The translations under genes and the position numbers were made by a program. 64,000 nt of DNA. It comes from a bacterium (GTDB lineage: Bacteria; Zhuqueibacterota; Zhuqueibacteria; Residuimicrobiales; Krinioviventaceae). Shown here one piece after another: positions 20,469 through 30,217 of this stretch; the first letter of the stretch is position 1, and every line of letters starts with the position of its first letter. The notes beneath the pieces are model-generated. The model was given only the letters and a program-made list of their open reading frames with translations. It was not told where the DNA came from and made no database searches. The DNA lies in NCBI GenBank assembly GCA_963674595.2, contig CAXXFV010000009.1, forward strand, positions 154,175 through 218,174, in the 5' to 3' direction.

Positions 20469-20912
20469 GTGAAAAACAATTTTTTTGTCTACATTATCAT
20501 CACAGCGTTTATGGCAGGAGCTGTCTTGATGAGCTGTGGAAAAACATCAGAACAAAAAGTTAAAAATGCTAAAGAGGATATTGGAAAAGCTGAACAAGAA
20601 TTAAAAGAAACTCAAGCTGGATATCTTGCAGAATGGCAAACATTCAAGAGCGAGTACGATTCAACAATTGAAGCTAATATAAAGAGAATTGATGCATTCA
20701 AAGAAAAAATGGATAATGCCGGCCCCGAGGTCAAAGCAAAGCACAACAAGGAAGTTGCGGTGCTGGAACAGAAAAATAACGACCTAAAGATGAAGCTTGC
20801 TGAATATAAGGATGATGGACAAATTAAATGGGAAGAGTTTAAGACGAACTTTAAGAAGGATATTGATGGAATTGGAAAGACCATGGATGATTTGTTTAAA
20901 GATAATACCTAG
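20469..20912 (+). CDS. Helical coiled-coil lipoprotein
   Basis: AAGGAG before GTG 20469, lipobox LMSC, KWEEFKTNF near the C-terminus. Confidence 0.75.
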   Translation: MKNNFFVYIIITAFMAGAVLMSCGKTSEQKVKNAKEDIGKAEQELKETQAGYLAEWQTFKSEYDSTIEANIKRIDAFKEKMDNAGPEVKAKHNKEVAVLEQKNNDLKMKLAEYKDDGQIKWEEFKTNFKKDIDGIGKTMDDLFKDNT

Positions 20913-21078
20913 CAGTGATTAAGAATCACAATGTATCACTCCTGCTTCTCGTTACCAATCAGGACGAAAAGGAATAATGGTAACGGGAAGTAGAAAATAG
21001 TTTATCCAAGGAAATCTTGATAGTTTAATTTTTCATATATACACATTATCTGTAACAATAGCTTGAAAGAAGGTAAAT

Positions 21079-21228
21079 ATGCTCTGGACAATTTTTGTGG
21101 TACTTTTGGTTTTGTGGCTGATTGCAATGTATAGTGGCTACTTCATCGGCGGATTTATACATGTTCTTTTGGTGATCGCAATCGTTGTTATGGTGATCAG
21201 GGTCATTCAGGGACGAAAAGCCATGTAA
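21079..21228 (+). CDS. lmo0937-family small membrane protein 3, 49 aa; not in the ORF track
   Basis: GAAGG, then MLWTIFVVLLVLWLIAMYSGYFIGGFIHVLLVIAIVVMVIRVIQGRKAM. Confidence 0.9.
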   Translation: MLWTIFVVLLVLWLIAMYSGYFIGGFIHVLLVIAIVVMVIRVIQGRKAM

Positions 21229-21509
21229 GTAGAATTTTTTCTCATAAAACTTTACTAAATGTTGAGATCAAACATAGGAAGATAATCACGCTCATCAGAC
21301 AGATTCGTATTCATCGTGTTAGGCATCAGGGCATTAGAGATCGTGGTTCGGTTTGTCGACTCCTCAAAATCAAGAGATCGGAAAGGAGGTGTGTTGAAAT
21401 CATTACATAAATAAATAGCATTGCACTTTAAGGGTTGCAATAAAGTAATTTTTTTTCGTGACCCGGAAACAACGTAATAAATCATACTTTTACTAAACAG
21501 GAGACAATT

Positions 21510-23015
21510 ATGTTTCAGACAAAAAGATATCTAAATATAGGTTTATTCATCGTATTCACTTGCATAGCCACTTTTGTACTAAATGTAGCGGGACAAAATC
21601 TGGTTAAAGCTGACGATGTAAAAACCTTGCTTTTCAAAGAAGCTGATGCTGCGATGCAGGCCGCCAAAAAAGTAAATGCAAATGTTCTCGCACCGGATAA
21701 TTATAGCGAAGCGATGAAACGATATCAAGAGGCGGATACTGATCTTAAAAAAGGGAAAAAGCTTGAGGATATTAAAGAAAAACTTGGCGAATCTACTACT
21801 TTTTTTCAAAAAGCAATAGAAGCTACAAAGCTGGCCGAAGTTACATTTCCAAATTTGATGAAAGCACGGATGGATGCGCATAAAACTGAATCTGCCAAAT
21901 ATTCATCAAAACTTTGGAAACAAGCAGAGGAAAAATTCAACGATGCGGCGGGTGAACTTGAAGGTGGAGACGTTAATGCTGCAAGGAAAAAAGCAAGCGA
22001 GGCAGAGAAAATATATCGAAAGGCCGAACTTGAAGCTATAAAAGCTAATTATCTTGACGGAACACGGGCACTACTAAAACAGGCAAAAGAGCAAAAAGTC
22101 AAAGACCGTGCACCTAAAACCTTGTTAAATGCTCAGCAGCTCGTCAAACAAGCTGAAAAAGAGTTGAATGAGAACCGTTATGATACCGATGTCGCACGCA
22201 GTCTTGCTCAGCAAGCTAATTACCAGGCTAAACATGCTATCTACCTGTCAAACGCTATAAAAAAAATGAAAGATAATGACCAAACCTGGGAAGACCTCAT
22301 GTTGGTCTCAGAAATTCCATTGCAACAAATTGCCGAAAATACAGACCGAACTGCTATTTTCGACGCAGGATTTGGCAAAACTACTGGTGAGATCATCACC
22401 TATATTAAATCCTACCAAGACAGTGTTTTTGGTTTAAGTCAGGATTTGAAAAGTTACAAACAGAAATCTGATTTGCAGGGAGCTCGAATTGCTGAAATGG
22501 AGCAGAAGTTTGGTGTTCAGGCCATGGAAAAATCAGTACTGGCACAGCAAATTGCTAATCAAGATGAAACACGTAAGCATTTTACCAAAGTGGAACGCTC
22601 GTTTAGTAGTGAAGAAGCCAGGGTACTGCGCGAAGGCGATGATATCATTATCCGCCTGATTGGACTAAATTTCCCCAGTGCAGCAGCGACTATCGAGCAA
22701 AAATCTTTTGGCTTATTAACCAAAGTACGCGATGCTATTAACTCTTTCCCGGAATCTACTGTATCCGTTCAAGGCTATACTGATTCGTATGGTAGTGATG
22801 AAAAAAATCTGCAATTGTCAAAGGAACGTGCCGAAGCAGTAAAACAATATCTTTTAGCTGACACAAAACTTCATACTTTTCAAATTGAAGCGAGCGGTTA
22901 TGGCGAAAGTAAACCAATTGGCAACAATGAGACAGCAAAAGGACGTGCAGCCAATCGTCGTGTTGAGGTTGTAATCCATCCGGGACATTACAAAATATCA
23001 CAAGTCATTAGATAG
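21510..23015 (+). CDS. OmpA-family protein with N-terminal helical (DUF4398-like) repeats
   Basis: Signal peptide, repeated A..YA/AP helical units, GYTDSYGS, LSKERA, NRRVEV. Confidence 0.88.
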   Translation: MFQTKRYLNIGLFIVFTCIATFVLNVAGQNLVKADDVKTLLFKEADAAMQAAKKVNANVLAPDNYSEAMKRYQEADTDLKKGKKLEDIKEKLGESTTFFQKAIEATKLAEVTFPNLMKARMDAHKTESAKYSSKLWKQAEEKFNDAAGELEGGDVNAARKKASEAEKIYRKAELEAIKANYLDGTRALLKQAKEQKVKDRAPKTLLNAQQLVKQAEKELNENRYDTDVARSLAQQANYQAKHAIYLSNAIKKMKDNDQTWEDLMLVSEIPLQQIAENTDRTAIFDAGFGKTTGEIITYIKSYQDSVFGLSQDLKSYKQKSDLQGARIAEMEQKFGVQAMEKSVLAQQIANQDETRKHFTKVERSFSSEEARVLREGDDIIIRLIGLNFPSAAATIEQKSFGLLTKVRDAINSFPESTVSVQGYTDSYGSDEKNLQLSKERAEAVKQYLLADTKLHTFQIEASGYGESKPIGNNETAKGRAANRRVEVVIHPGHYKISQVIR

Positions 23016-23240
23016 AGACAGCAGTGTGATTATATTTGATTTGTTTTAAAATAAGGTCTGGACAAAATCTATATCAAGAATCGTGACTCCGAGTTTTTGT
23101 AACGACAGAAATTTTTACATATCGTGGCACGATTCTTTATCTTCTTTCGCTTACAGCTTATTATACATTATCCATTATTCTGTGTCGTTACAGCATGCAT
23201 AATACGGCTATAATTAATTATTTTGTGTTAATATACTATT

Positions 23241-23332
23241 TTGGACGGGATTAACACGGCTGGAGGTTAAAAACAAGCCTCTACCTTACAGAGGGGCATA
23301 AATTAAGGAGTGCTGATCGTGCCAAAAGAAAA
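23241..23332 (+). repeat. 92-bp direct repeat, copy 1 (leader + RBS + start codon)
   Basis: Matches 25784-25875 with 3 mismatches. Confidence 0.95.
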
Positions 23333-25643
23333 TACAGAATTCATAAACACCATAATAGAACGGTCTCCTGTTGCCATTATGGTTATGAGTTCCGATGGTC
23401 GGATTTTAAAAGAGAATAAAGCCAATGAAAAACTCTGGAAAATATCAAAAAAAAATTTAGGTGAATACAATGTTTTTCGTGACAAACAAATAAAAACTCT
23501 GGGCCTTTTGCCATACATCGAAAAGAGTTTGGAAGGCGAAACACTTTCCTTGCCGCCTTTTGAATTTGAACCATTAAGAACAAGACATGTAACGAAAGGG
23601 AGAAAATGCTGGATCCAATCAAATATATTTCCGATTAAGGATGAGGATGGTAATATTCGGACAATCATTATGATGCACAATGACATTACAGAACAAAAAC
23701 AATTGGAACAACGTCATGAGCACCTAAACAAAGTAATGCGGAGCGTCAGTAATGTAAAACAACTCATCTTTAAAGAAAGAAATCGGATAACCTTTATTCA
23801 AAAAGTGTGTAAAATTTTGATTAGTAATCATGGTTATTATCAGGCATGGATTGTACTCTTGGATAAACAGGGGAAATACTTGCAGTCTGCCAAAGCTGGC
23901 ATGGGAAAAAACTTTGCGACAATGATTCAATCCTTTGAAAAAGGTGAATTTGGGAATTGTGGAAATAAAGCATTGAAACAAAAAAAAATAATCATTGTAC
24001 AGGAAACCAAAAAAGAATGTAAAGATTGTCTGCATTCTACTTATTTTTCAAAACATGGTGTTTATACGAGTCGAATAATACATGATGGTATAGTTTATGG
24101 ACTGATTTCTGTTTCCGCTCCTAAATCATTTATAAAGGACAAAGAAGAACAGCACCTTTTTCAGGAACTTGTTGGAGATATTGCCTTTGCTCTTTATGAG
24201 ATCGCCTTTGAAGAAGAACAAAAACGGGCGGAGAATAAAGTAAAAATTTCAGAACTGCGTTATCGTCGTCTCTTCGAATCAGCCAAGGACGGTATTCTCA
24301 TCCTTGATGCCGTTACCGGGGTGGTCGTTGACGTGAATCCATTTTTAACAGAGTTATTGGGTTATTCCAGTGATCAGTTGATCGGAAAGGCAATTTGGGA
24401 GTTAGGATTTTTTAGCGATACTGCTATAAATAGGGAAAACTTTATAGAATTAAAACTGAAAGGATACATCCGATATGAAGACCTGCCGTTGAAAACCGTT
24501 GATGGTCGAAGAATCGAAGTAGAGTTTGTCAGTAATGTTTATCAGGTGGATAATAAAGATGTGATTCAGTGTAACATTAGAGACATTACCGAACGAAAGC
24601 GCACTGAGGAAGCACTTGATAAAGAACGAAATCTGCTTAAGACCCTTATGAACTGCATTCCGGACCATATCTATTTTAAAGACAAAGAAAGCCGGTTTAT
24701 TATGATTAACAAGGCATTATCTGAAAGCTTTAACCTTAATACAGTTGAGCAAGCTATTGGTAAGACGGACTTTGATTTTTTTACTGAAGAATATGGATGG
24801 AGAACATTTGTGATTGAACAGGAAATTATTCGAACAGGACAGTTTATTATAGGCATCGAAGAAAAGGAAGCATGGTCTCAACACTCTGAGACATGGGTTT
24901 CGACAACCAAAATGCCTCTAGTCGACGAAAAAGGAAATATCATTGGTACATTTGGCATCTCACGTGATATCACTGAGCGTAAGCGAAAAGATGAACGCAT
25001 TTATAATAACCTGAAAGAAAAGGAACTACTTTTAAGAGAGCTTAATCACAGAACAAAAAACAATATGCAAGTGATTTGTTCTTTACTCAGACTACAAGCT
25101 TCAAAGCTGCAAGACCATAGGGTAAAAGAACTTTTTAAAGAGATAGAAACCAAAATCTATTCCATGTCCCTTGTTCATCAGGAATTAATAATGTCTGAGG
25201 ATCTGTCTCATATAAATTTGAAGGATTATTTCGGTAAACTTAATATCTACCTTGAACAAAGTTATGGTGAATACATGAAGAATGTTTCCATCCATTCAGA
25301 TATGGCGGATATAGTCGTACTTATAGATACAGCAGTTCCCTTGGGGCTTGTTTTTAATGAGTTGATTTCTAATGTTGTTAAACATGCTTTCCCTGAAAAT
25401 ACAAAGGGTGAAATTAATGTACATCTTTATTCGAGCCCTCAAAATGAAATTATTCTGGAAATATCTGATAATGGAATCGGCTTTCCGAAGGGCTTTAATA
25501 TTCAAAAAGATATATCTTTGGGATTAAAAACAGTGATAAGCCTTGTAGAAGATCAAATTCAGGGCCAAATTCAATTTATTAATAAACATGGTTTACTATG
25601 CCGAATTCTAATAAAAAAAGAGCAGTATAAGCCCAGGATATAA
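23319..25643 (+). CDS. PAS/GAF/PAS/PAS sensor histidine kinase (HisKA_2/HWE type)
   Basis: Three DITE PAC ends, ELNHRTKNN, NELISN, DNGIG. GTG at 23319 follows AAGGAG. Confidence 0.93.
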   Translation: MPKENTEFINTIIERSPVAIMVMSSDGRILKENKANEKLWKISKKNLGEYNVFRDKQIKTLGLLPYIEKSLEGETLSLPPFEFEPLRTRHVTKGRKCWIQSNIFPIKDEDGNIRTIIMMHNDITEQKQLEQRHEHLNKVMRSVSNVKQLIFKERNRITFIQKVCKILISNHGYYQAWIVLLDKQGKYLQSAKAGMGKNFATMIQSFEKGEFGNCGNKALKQKKIIIVQETKKECKDCLHSTYFSKHGVYTSRIIHDGIVYGLISVSAPKSFIKDKEEQHLFQELVGDIAFALYEIAFEEEQKRAENKVKISELRYRRLFESAKDGILILDAVTGVVVDVNPFLTELLGYSSDQLIGKAIWELGFFSDTAINRENFIELKLKGYIRYEDLPLKTVDGRRIEVEFVSNVYQVDNKDVIQCNIRDITERKRTEEALDKERNLLKTLMNCIPDHIYFKDKESRFIMINKALSESFNLNTVEQAIGKTDFDFFTEEYGWRTFVIEQEIIRTGQFIIGIEEKEAWSQHSETWVSTTKMPLVDEKGNIIGTFGISRDITERKRKDERIYNNLKEKELLLRELNHRTKNNMQVICSLLRLQASKLQDHRVKELFKEIETKIYSMSLVHQELIMSEDLSHINLKDYFGKLNIYLEQSYGEYMKNVSIHSDMADIVVLIDTAVPLGLVFNELISNVVKHAFPENTKGEINVHLYSSPQNEIILEISDNGIGFPKGFNIQKDISLGLKTVISLVEDQIQGQIQFINKHGLLCRILIKKEQYKPRI

Positions 25644-25645
25644 TT

Positions 25646-25797
25646 ATGACAAATAAATTTAGAGTTCTTGGTGTCGATGATAAGATAATAATCGAGAGAT
25701 GTTTATGAAAGGATTTGAAAAACCGGTGTCTATAAATAAAATAAAGGAACTATTAGATGATATTAAAACAACCCGGCAGAATATTGGACTGGATTAA
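25646..25797 (+). pseudogene. Internally deleted receiver-domain gene remnant
   Basis: MTNKFRVLGVDD (REC beta-1), followed in another frame by FEKPVSINKIKELL (REC KP motif). Confidence 0.55.
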
Positions 25798-25875
25798 CAC
25801 GGCTGGAGGTTAAAAACAAGCCTCTACCTTACAGAGGGGCATAAATTAAGGAGTGCTGATCATGCAAAAAGAAAA
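25784..25875 (+). repeat. 92-bp direct repeat, copy 2
   Basis: Matches 23241-23332 (offset 2543). Confidence 0.95.
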
Positions 25876-26089
25876 ATTGCGTGAATTAGCCGTTGTTTTA
25901 ACAGAAACCATTCGACAAAACGCATCAATTGACTGGACGATTAAGGAAAGTGTAAAAGCCAAACTTAAAGTTTCCGTAAAGCGATTATTGCGTAAATACG
26001 GTTACCCACCTGACATGCAAATTCTAGCTACTGAAACTGTATTAAAACAAGCGGAAATGATTGCTAATGATTTGACGATGAATAAATAA
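25862..26089 (+). pseudogene. hsdR: C-terminal fragment (DUF3387-like) of type I restriction endonuclease subunit R
   Basis: LRELAVVL...SIDWTIKESVKAKLKVSVKRLLRKYGYPPD...ATETVLKQAE. Confidence 0.85.
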
Positions 26090-26190
26090 TGTCGATCAAA
26101 TTTGTATACACATTAATCAAGCCCGCCAACTAGCACAAATCTAAAATCTTTCACTGTGTTTTATCGCATACAATTTTTATAATTTATTTT

Positions 26191-26237
26191 CTGCCCCAAA
26201 ATTGACCAAATATAATGTTGGGCAATATTTGGGCAAT
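26191..26237. promoter_or_regulatory. Candidate integrase arm-type binding sites
   Basis: TTGGGCAAT at 26218 and 26229 (11-bp period), plus inverted variants CTGCCCCAA (26191) and ATTGACCAA (26201), about 75 bp from the tRNA fragment. Confidence 0.5.
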
Positions 26238-26310
26238 TGCCAATTTTTGCTTGTTTTACAATTTTTAAAGAAAGTTGGTTTTAGTAAAAACAATAATTTA
26301 TAAAAAATAC

Positions 26311-26362
26311 AGCGCTTGACTGGGGGTCAAGGGGTCGGAAGTTCAAATCTTCTCGCCCCGAC
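26311..26362 (+). tRNA. 3' fragment of tRNA-Pro(GGG); probable attR, not a functional tRNA
   Basis: Anticodon arm CTTGA-CTGGGGG-TCAAG, T arm GGAAG-TTCAAAT-CTTCT, 3' acceptor strand CGCCCCGA. The 5' acceptor strand and D loop are replaced by AT-rich DNA. Confidence 0.9.
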
Positions 26363-26397
26363 TGTTTAATAAGCACTTATAATGAGTGCTTGTCTTT

Positions 26398-26432
26398 TGC
26401 CCAACGTTTGTTCAAACGTTGGGCATTTTTTT
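26398..26432 (+). terminator. Rho-independent terminator downstream of the tRNA fragment
   Basis: TGCCCAACGTTTG-TT-CAAACGTTGGGCA followed by T7. Confidence 0.8.
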
Positions 26433-26807
26433 AACTTTTCCATATTATTAAAAAAATAAATCCACCTCAAAACACCATACTTCTTTTATATATAAACAGC
26501 TTTATAAAATTTTTCTTGATTATTTTTGTTATTATCTGTTTCTTTTACAGATACTTTCAATATGACAGGAATGTTGGGTATGTAAAAAGGCAATATAAAA
26601 ATTAATTAAAGTTAGTTTCTGTATTGCCATTTTTATTTTCGGGACAAATTTAAAGCAGTTTTATAATTAATTATTTATCTTTCGTGTGAGTACAACGAGG
26701 GATCTTTTTTAAGATAAAAAATCGTCTTTCAAGAAACGTAATAAATTCAAAACAGCGAGTGACATGGCTTTGAATCTGATTTTTTCGTAATGGGAGGTAA
26801 TGTTAAA

Positions 26808-27989
26808 ATGAACAGGTTTTCTTGGTCTCTACTCCTTTTGTTATTTCTTTTTTCAGCACTATTATCGCAAAGCAAAAAATTGTCAATAGCTGTTTTGAAG
26901 TTGGATGCTTACAGTATAACCGACTATGAAGCGGCGACATTAACAGATCGATTGAGAAATGAACTTTTTAAAACTCGTGTGTTTCGCGTTATGGAGCGTG
27001 AACAAATGGAAGAGATATTAAAAGAACAAGGATTTCAGCAGACCGGATGTACTTCAAGCGAGTGCCTTGTTCAAGTCGGTCAACTTATCGGGGTGAACAG
27101 AATGGTCGGCGGAAGTATAGGTAAAGTAGGACAGACGTATACTGTTTCATTAAGGCTTATTGATGTCGAAACAGGAGAAATTATTAAAATAGCTACCAAA
27201 GATGTTTTTGGAAAAGTTGATGTTCTTTTAACGGCTTCAATTCCTCAAATTGCAAAAGATATTGCAAGTCCATCGCCTGGCACTCAAAACGTTTTAGAGG
27301 TTGAAAAAGAGGCAGGATTTTCACCTAATTCTCAGTCTTATGATCCAATTATGAAAACGCTAACAGACATCGACGGTAATGTTTACGAAACTGTAAAAAT
27401 CGGTAATCAAATTTGGATGGCTGAGAATTTAAAAGTAACCCATTACCGTGATGGGACACCCATCGCTCATGTGACCGACAACAATGAATGGACCGGATTA
27501 ACATGTGGTGCTTATTGTGCTTATAGTAATGAGCAAAACAATGTTGCTATTTATGGTCTGTTATATAACTGGTATGCTGTAGATGACAAACGCAGTATTG
27601 CCCCAATAGGCTGGCATGTGCCCACGGATGAAGAGTGGAAGAAGTTGGAGATGTACCTGGGTTTGAATCGATCTAAAGTAAATAATATCTCTTTTCGTGG
27701 TACAAATGAAGGCAGTAAACTTGCAGGCAATGTTGCTTTTTGGGATAATGGCAACCTTAAATATAATGCCGTATTTGGTGATTATAGTTTTTGCGCGTTG
27801 CCCGGCGGTTTTCGCTACAGCTACGACGGTACCTTTTACTGTTTGCGTCACTGTGCTTACTTTTGGTCTTCTGAGGAGACCAATGGTAATCATGTGTGGT
27901 ACCGGAAACTTGAGTATGAGCATTCGGGTGTAGAACGGGACTTTGGTGTTAAGCAAGAGGGTTTTTCTGTTCGTTGTGTCATGAACTAG
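26808..27989 (+). CDS. Secreted protein: CsgG/HfaB-like N-terminal domain + FISUMP (Fib_succ_major) domain
   Basis: GGAGG before ATG 26808, signal peptide, ERxQMEEILKEQGFQQTGC, TDIDGNVYETVKIGNQIWMAENL, YGLLYNWYA, GWHVPT, GFSVRC. Confidence 0.9.
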   Translation: MNRFSWSLLLLLFLFSALLSQSKKLSIAVLKLDAYSITDYEAATLTDRLRNELFKTRVFRVMEREQMEEILKEQGFQQTGCTSSECLVQVGQLIGVNRMVGGSIGKVGQTYTVSLRLIDVETGEIIKIATKDVFGKVDVLLTASIPQIAKDIASPSPGTQNVLEVEKEAGFSPNSQSYDPIMKTLTDIDGNVYETVKIGNQIWMAENLKVTHYRDGTPIAHVTDNNEWTGLTCGAYCAYSNEQNNVAIYGLLYNWYAVDDKRSIAPIGWHVPTDEEWKKLEMYLGLNRSKVNNISFRGTNEGSKLAGNVAFWDNGNLKYNAVFGDYSFCALPGGFRYSYDGTFYCLRHCAYFWSSEETNGNHVWYRKLEYEHSGVERDFGVKQEGFSVRCVMN

Positions 27990-28184
27990 ACTATTTGTTG
28001 ATATGACTATTTTACCTGGCTAAGCGGATTCGAAAAATAATTTTTTAGTAGATGTTGATTTTGTTCAATATATCTGAATTAACTGTCAATGACGTCACTA
28101 TGTACAAATCGGGACGCTTTACTCAAATACTACAAGCTATTAGTAGAGAGGATAAAAAATCGATTTTATTATAAAGGAGAAATT

Positions 28185-28799
28185 TTGCCAACATTAACAC
28201 AAAGATTGCAAAATATATTATGTGATAGAATAACAAAGGCACTTTCTCTGGGGAAATTGTCAGCTAAAATAAATTTCGATTACGCATGGATCTTTTTGTC
28301 ATTCATTGTGTTGTTCCTGTTTACATCCACAAGCTATTCTTCCACCACAGGTCTCCAAATCGGAGACACTGCCCCGGGTATTTTTCTCAAGGATTTAAAT
28401 GACAACGTTTTCTTTTTATCCGACTATTGCGGTACGCCACGGCAGCCGTGGAAAAAGTCTGAGAGGAATGTTGTAGTGATCAGTTTTTTTTCGACGTACT
28501 GTGTGCCCTGTTTAAAAGAGATTCTCGAATTACATCAGCTTGCAAAAAAATACCCGGTTATAAAATTTTTTCTTGTCAATTTTAAAGAAGACAAATCAAA
28601 AATTGAACCCTATGTACGTAAATACAATGTTACACTCCCCGTACTAGTAGATAAATACGGTATTATCGCGAAAAAATATAGTGTCGAGGCTTTGCCAAAA
28701 CTGTTGGTTATTAATAAAAAGGGAAAAATTATTTATATTCAAAATGGATATGATGATAATTTGGTTAAAAGTCTAGCCCACCTTTTTGATGAACAATAA
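28185..28799 (+). CDS. TlpA/redoxin-family thiol-disulfide oxidoreductase (start uncertain)
   Basis: IGDTAP, FFSTYCVPC (CxxC), V.ALP. AAGGAG before TTG 28185. Confidence 0.85.
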   Translation: MPTLTQRLQNILCDRITKALSLGKLSAKINFDYAWIFLSFIVLFLFTSTSYSSTTGLQIGDTAPGIFLKDLNDNVFFLSDYCGTPRQPWKKSERNVVVISFFSTYCVPCLKEILELHQLAKKYPVIKFFLVNFKEDKSKIEPYVRKYNVTLPVLVDKYGIIAKKYSVEALPKLLVINKKGKIIYIQNGYDDNLVKSLAHLFDEQ

Positions 28800-29104
28800 T
28801 ATAATATAATTTTGATGTTGCTTTATTGCTAAAATTAAACTATTTTGAATAACACGATTTTAAATTTCGTAACACCTGTTTTAAAATTATTATCTTTTAT
28901 CTAAAACGTTTTGAGGAAAAAGAGGTAATATCATAACGTTTACGGAATTTCAGCAACAGCTAACTGGTTAATGGTAACAATAAATTTCTTTCGATGAATA
29001 ATTCATCATATAAAACCAGTTTATCCCTGGCAAATGCCAAAAGTGGGGTCATTTTTAGATATTATACATGTAACTAACATAGACTAATTTACAGGAGAAA
29101 CTAA

Positions 29105-30148
29105 ATGTCACAATCATGCCTTATCACCGGAGGAGCCGGTTTTCTGGGAATTAATCTTACACGCTATCTTCTTGCCAAAGGTTATAACGTGACGTCATTT
29201 GATATTGCTCCATTTCGTTATCCTGATGTTAAAGATCATATAAATATCATTACGGGTGATATTCGCGATGAGGATGCGCTAAGTAAAGCCATGGAAGGAA
29301 TCGATATTGTTATTCATGCTGCTGCCGCGTTACCTTTGTATCCTGTTGATGATATCTATTCAACGAATATTGAAGGCACCCGAAAGGTGATGCATCAAGC
29401 CTATCTCAAAAAAATACCTCGTGTTATTCATATTTCAACGACAGCAGTTTATGGAATTCCCGATCATCATCCTTTGTATGAGCACGATCAGTTAAACGGT
29501 GTAGGTCCCTATGGACACACAAAAATTGAAGCTGAAAAAGTCTGTCAGGATTATCGTCAAAAAGGGATGTGTATTCCCATCCTCAGGCCAAAATCATTTA
29601 TCGGGCCGGAGAGATTAGGTGTATTTGCTTTGTTTTACGAATGGGCAAATGATGGGAAGAATTTTCCGATATTAGGCAAGGGGAATAATAAATATCAATA
29701 TCTCGATGTTGAAGATCTATGTTCAGCCATTTGGCAATGTATGACCTTACCAGAGACGCAGATCAATGACACCTTTAATATCGGGGCAAAGGAGTTTGGA
29801 ACTCCCAAATCAGATTTTCAGGTTGTACTTGACTATGCCGGACATGGAAAACGAATTATTTCCTTACCTGAAACTCCGATTATCTGGTCATTGCGTATTT
29901 TAGAGCGTTTAAAAATTTCACCGCTTTATCAATGGATTTACGAAACGATCGGAAAAGAATCATTTGTTTCCATTGAAAAAGCTGAAAAGGTACTTGGATA
30001 TTCCCCGAAATACTCAAATCGTGATGCCCTGCTGCGGAATTATAAATGGTATCTTGAGCAAGTTGATAATTTTCAAAATTCGTCAGGTATTACACATCGG
30101 GTCCCCTGGCACCAGGGTGCATTAAAATTGGCCAAGATATTTTTCTAG
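29105..30148 (+). CDS. NAD-dependent epimerase/dehydratase (extended SDR)
   Basis: [21 protein letters not shown]. Confidence 0.92.
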   Translation: MSQSCLITGGAGFLGINLTRYLLAKGYNVTSFDIAPFRYPDVKDHINIITGDIRDEDALSKAMEGIDIVIHAAAALPLYPVDDIYSTNIEGTRKVMHQAYLKKIPRVIHISTTAVYGIPDHHPLYEHDQLNGVGPYGHTKIEAEKVCQDYRQKGMCIPILRPKSFIGPERLGVFALFYEWANDGKNFPILGKGNNKYQYLDVEDLCSAIWQCMTLPETQINDTFNIGAKEFGTPKSDFQVVLDYAGHGKRIISLPETPIIWSLRILERLKISPLYQWIYETIGKESFVSIEKAEKVLGYSPKYSNRDALLRNYKWYLEQVDNFQNSSGITHRVPWHQGALKLAKIFF

Positions 30149-30217
30149 GTATGTAAAAATCAGAAAAAGATATGTCCGCTTAGAGATAAATTAAAGTCAC
30201 AATACATTTTTTGCAAC

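Larger units (their letters stand above)
1..26362 (+). mobile_element. Right arm of a putative tRNA-Pro-integrated genomic island (left end and integrase outside the window)
   Basis: Ends at the tRNA 3' fragment. Contains an hsdR remnant, repeats and many pseudogenes. Confidence 0.65.

Noticed and set aside
25862-26089. Functional type I restriction-modification system
   Set aside because: Only the last ~75 codons of hsdR remain, and there is no hsdM or hsdS in the window.
26311-26362. Functional tRNA-Pro gene
   Set aside because: The 5' acceptor strand and D loop are absent, so it is treated as an att fragment.
1-26362. Alternative genetic code (stop-codon reassignment)
   Set aside because: All three stop codons end intact genes here, and the interrupted genes also carry frameshifts and deletions.
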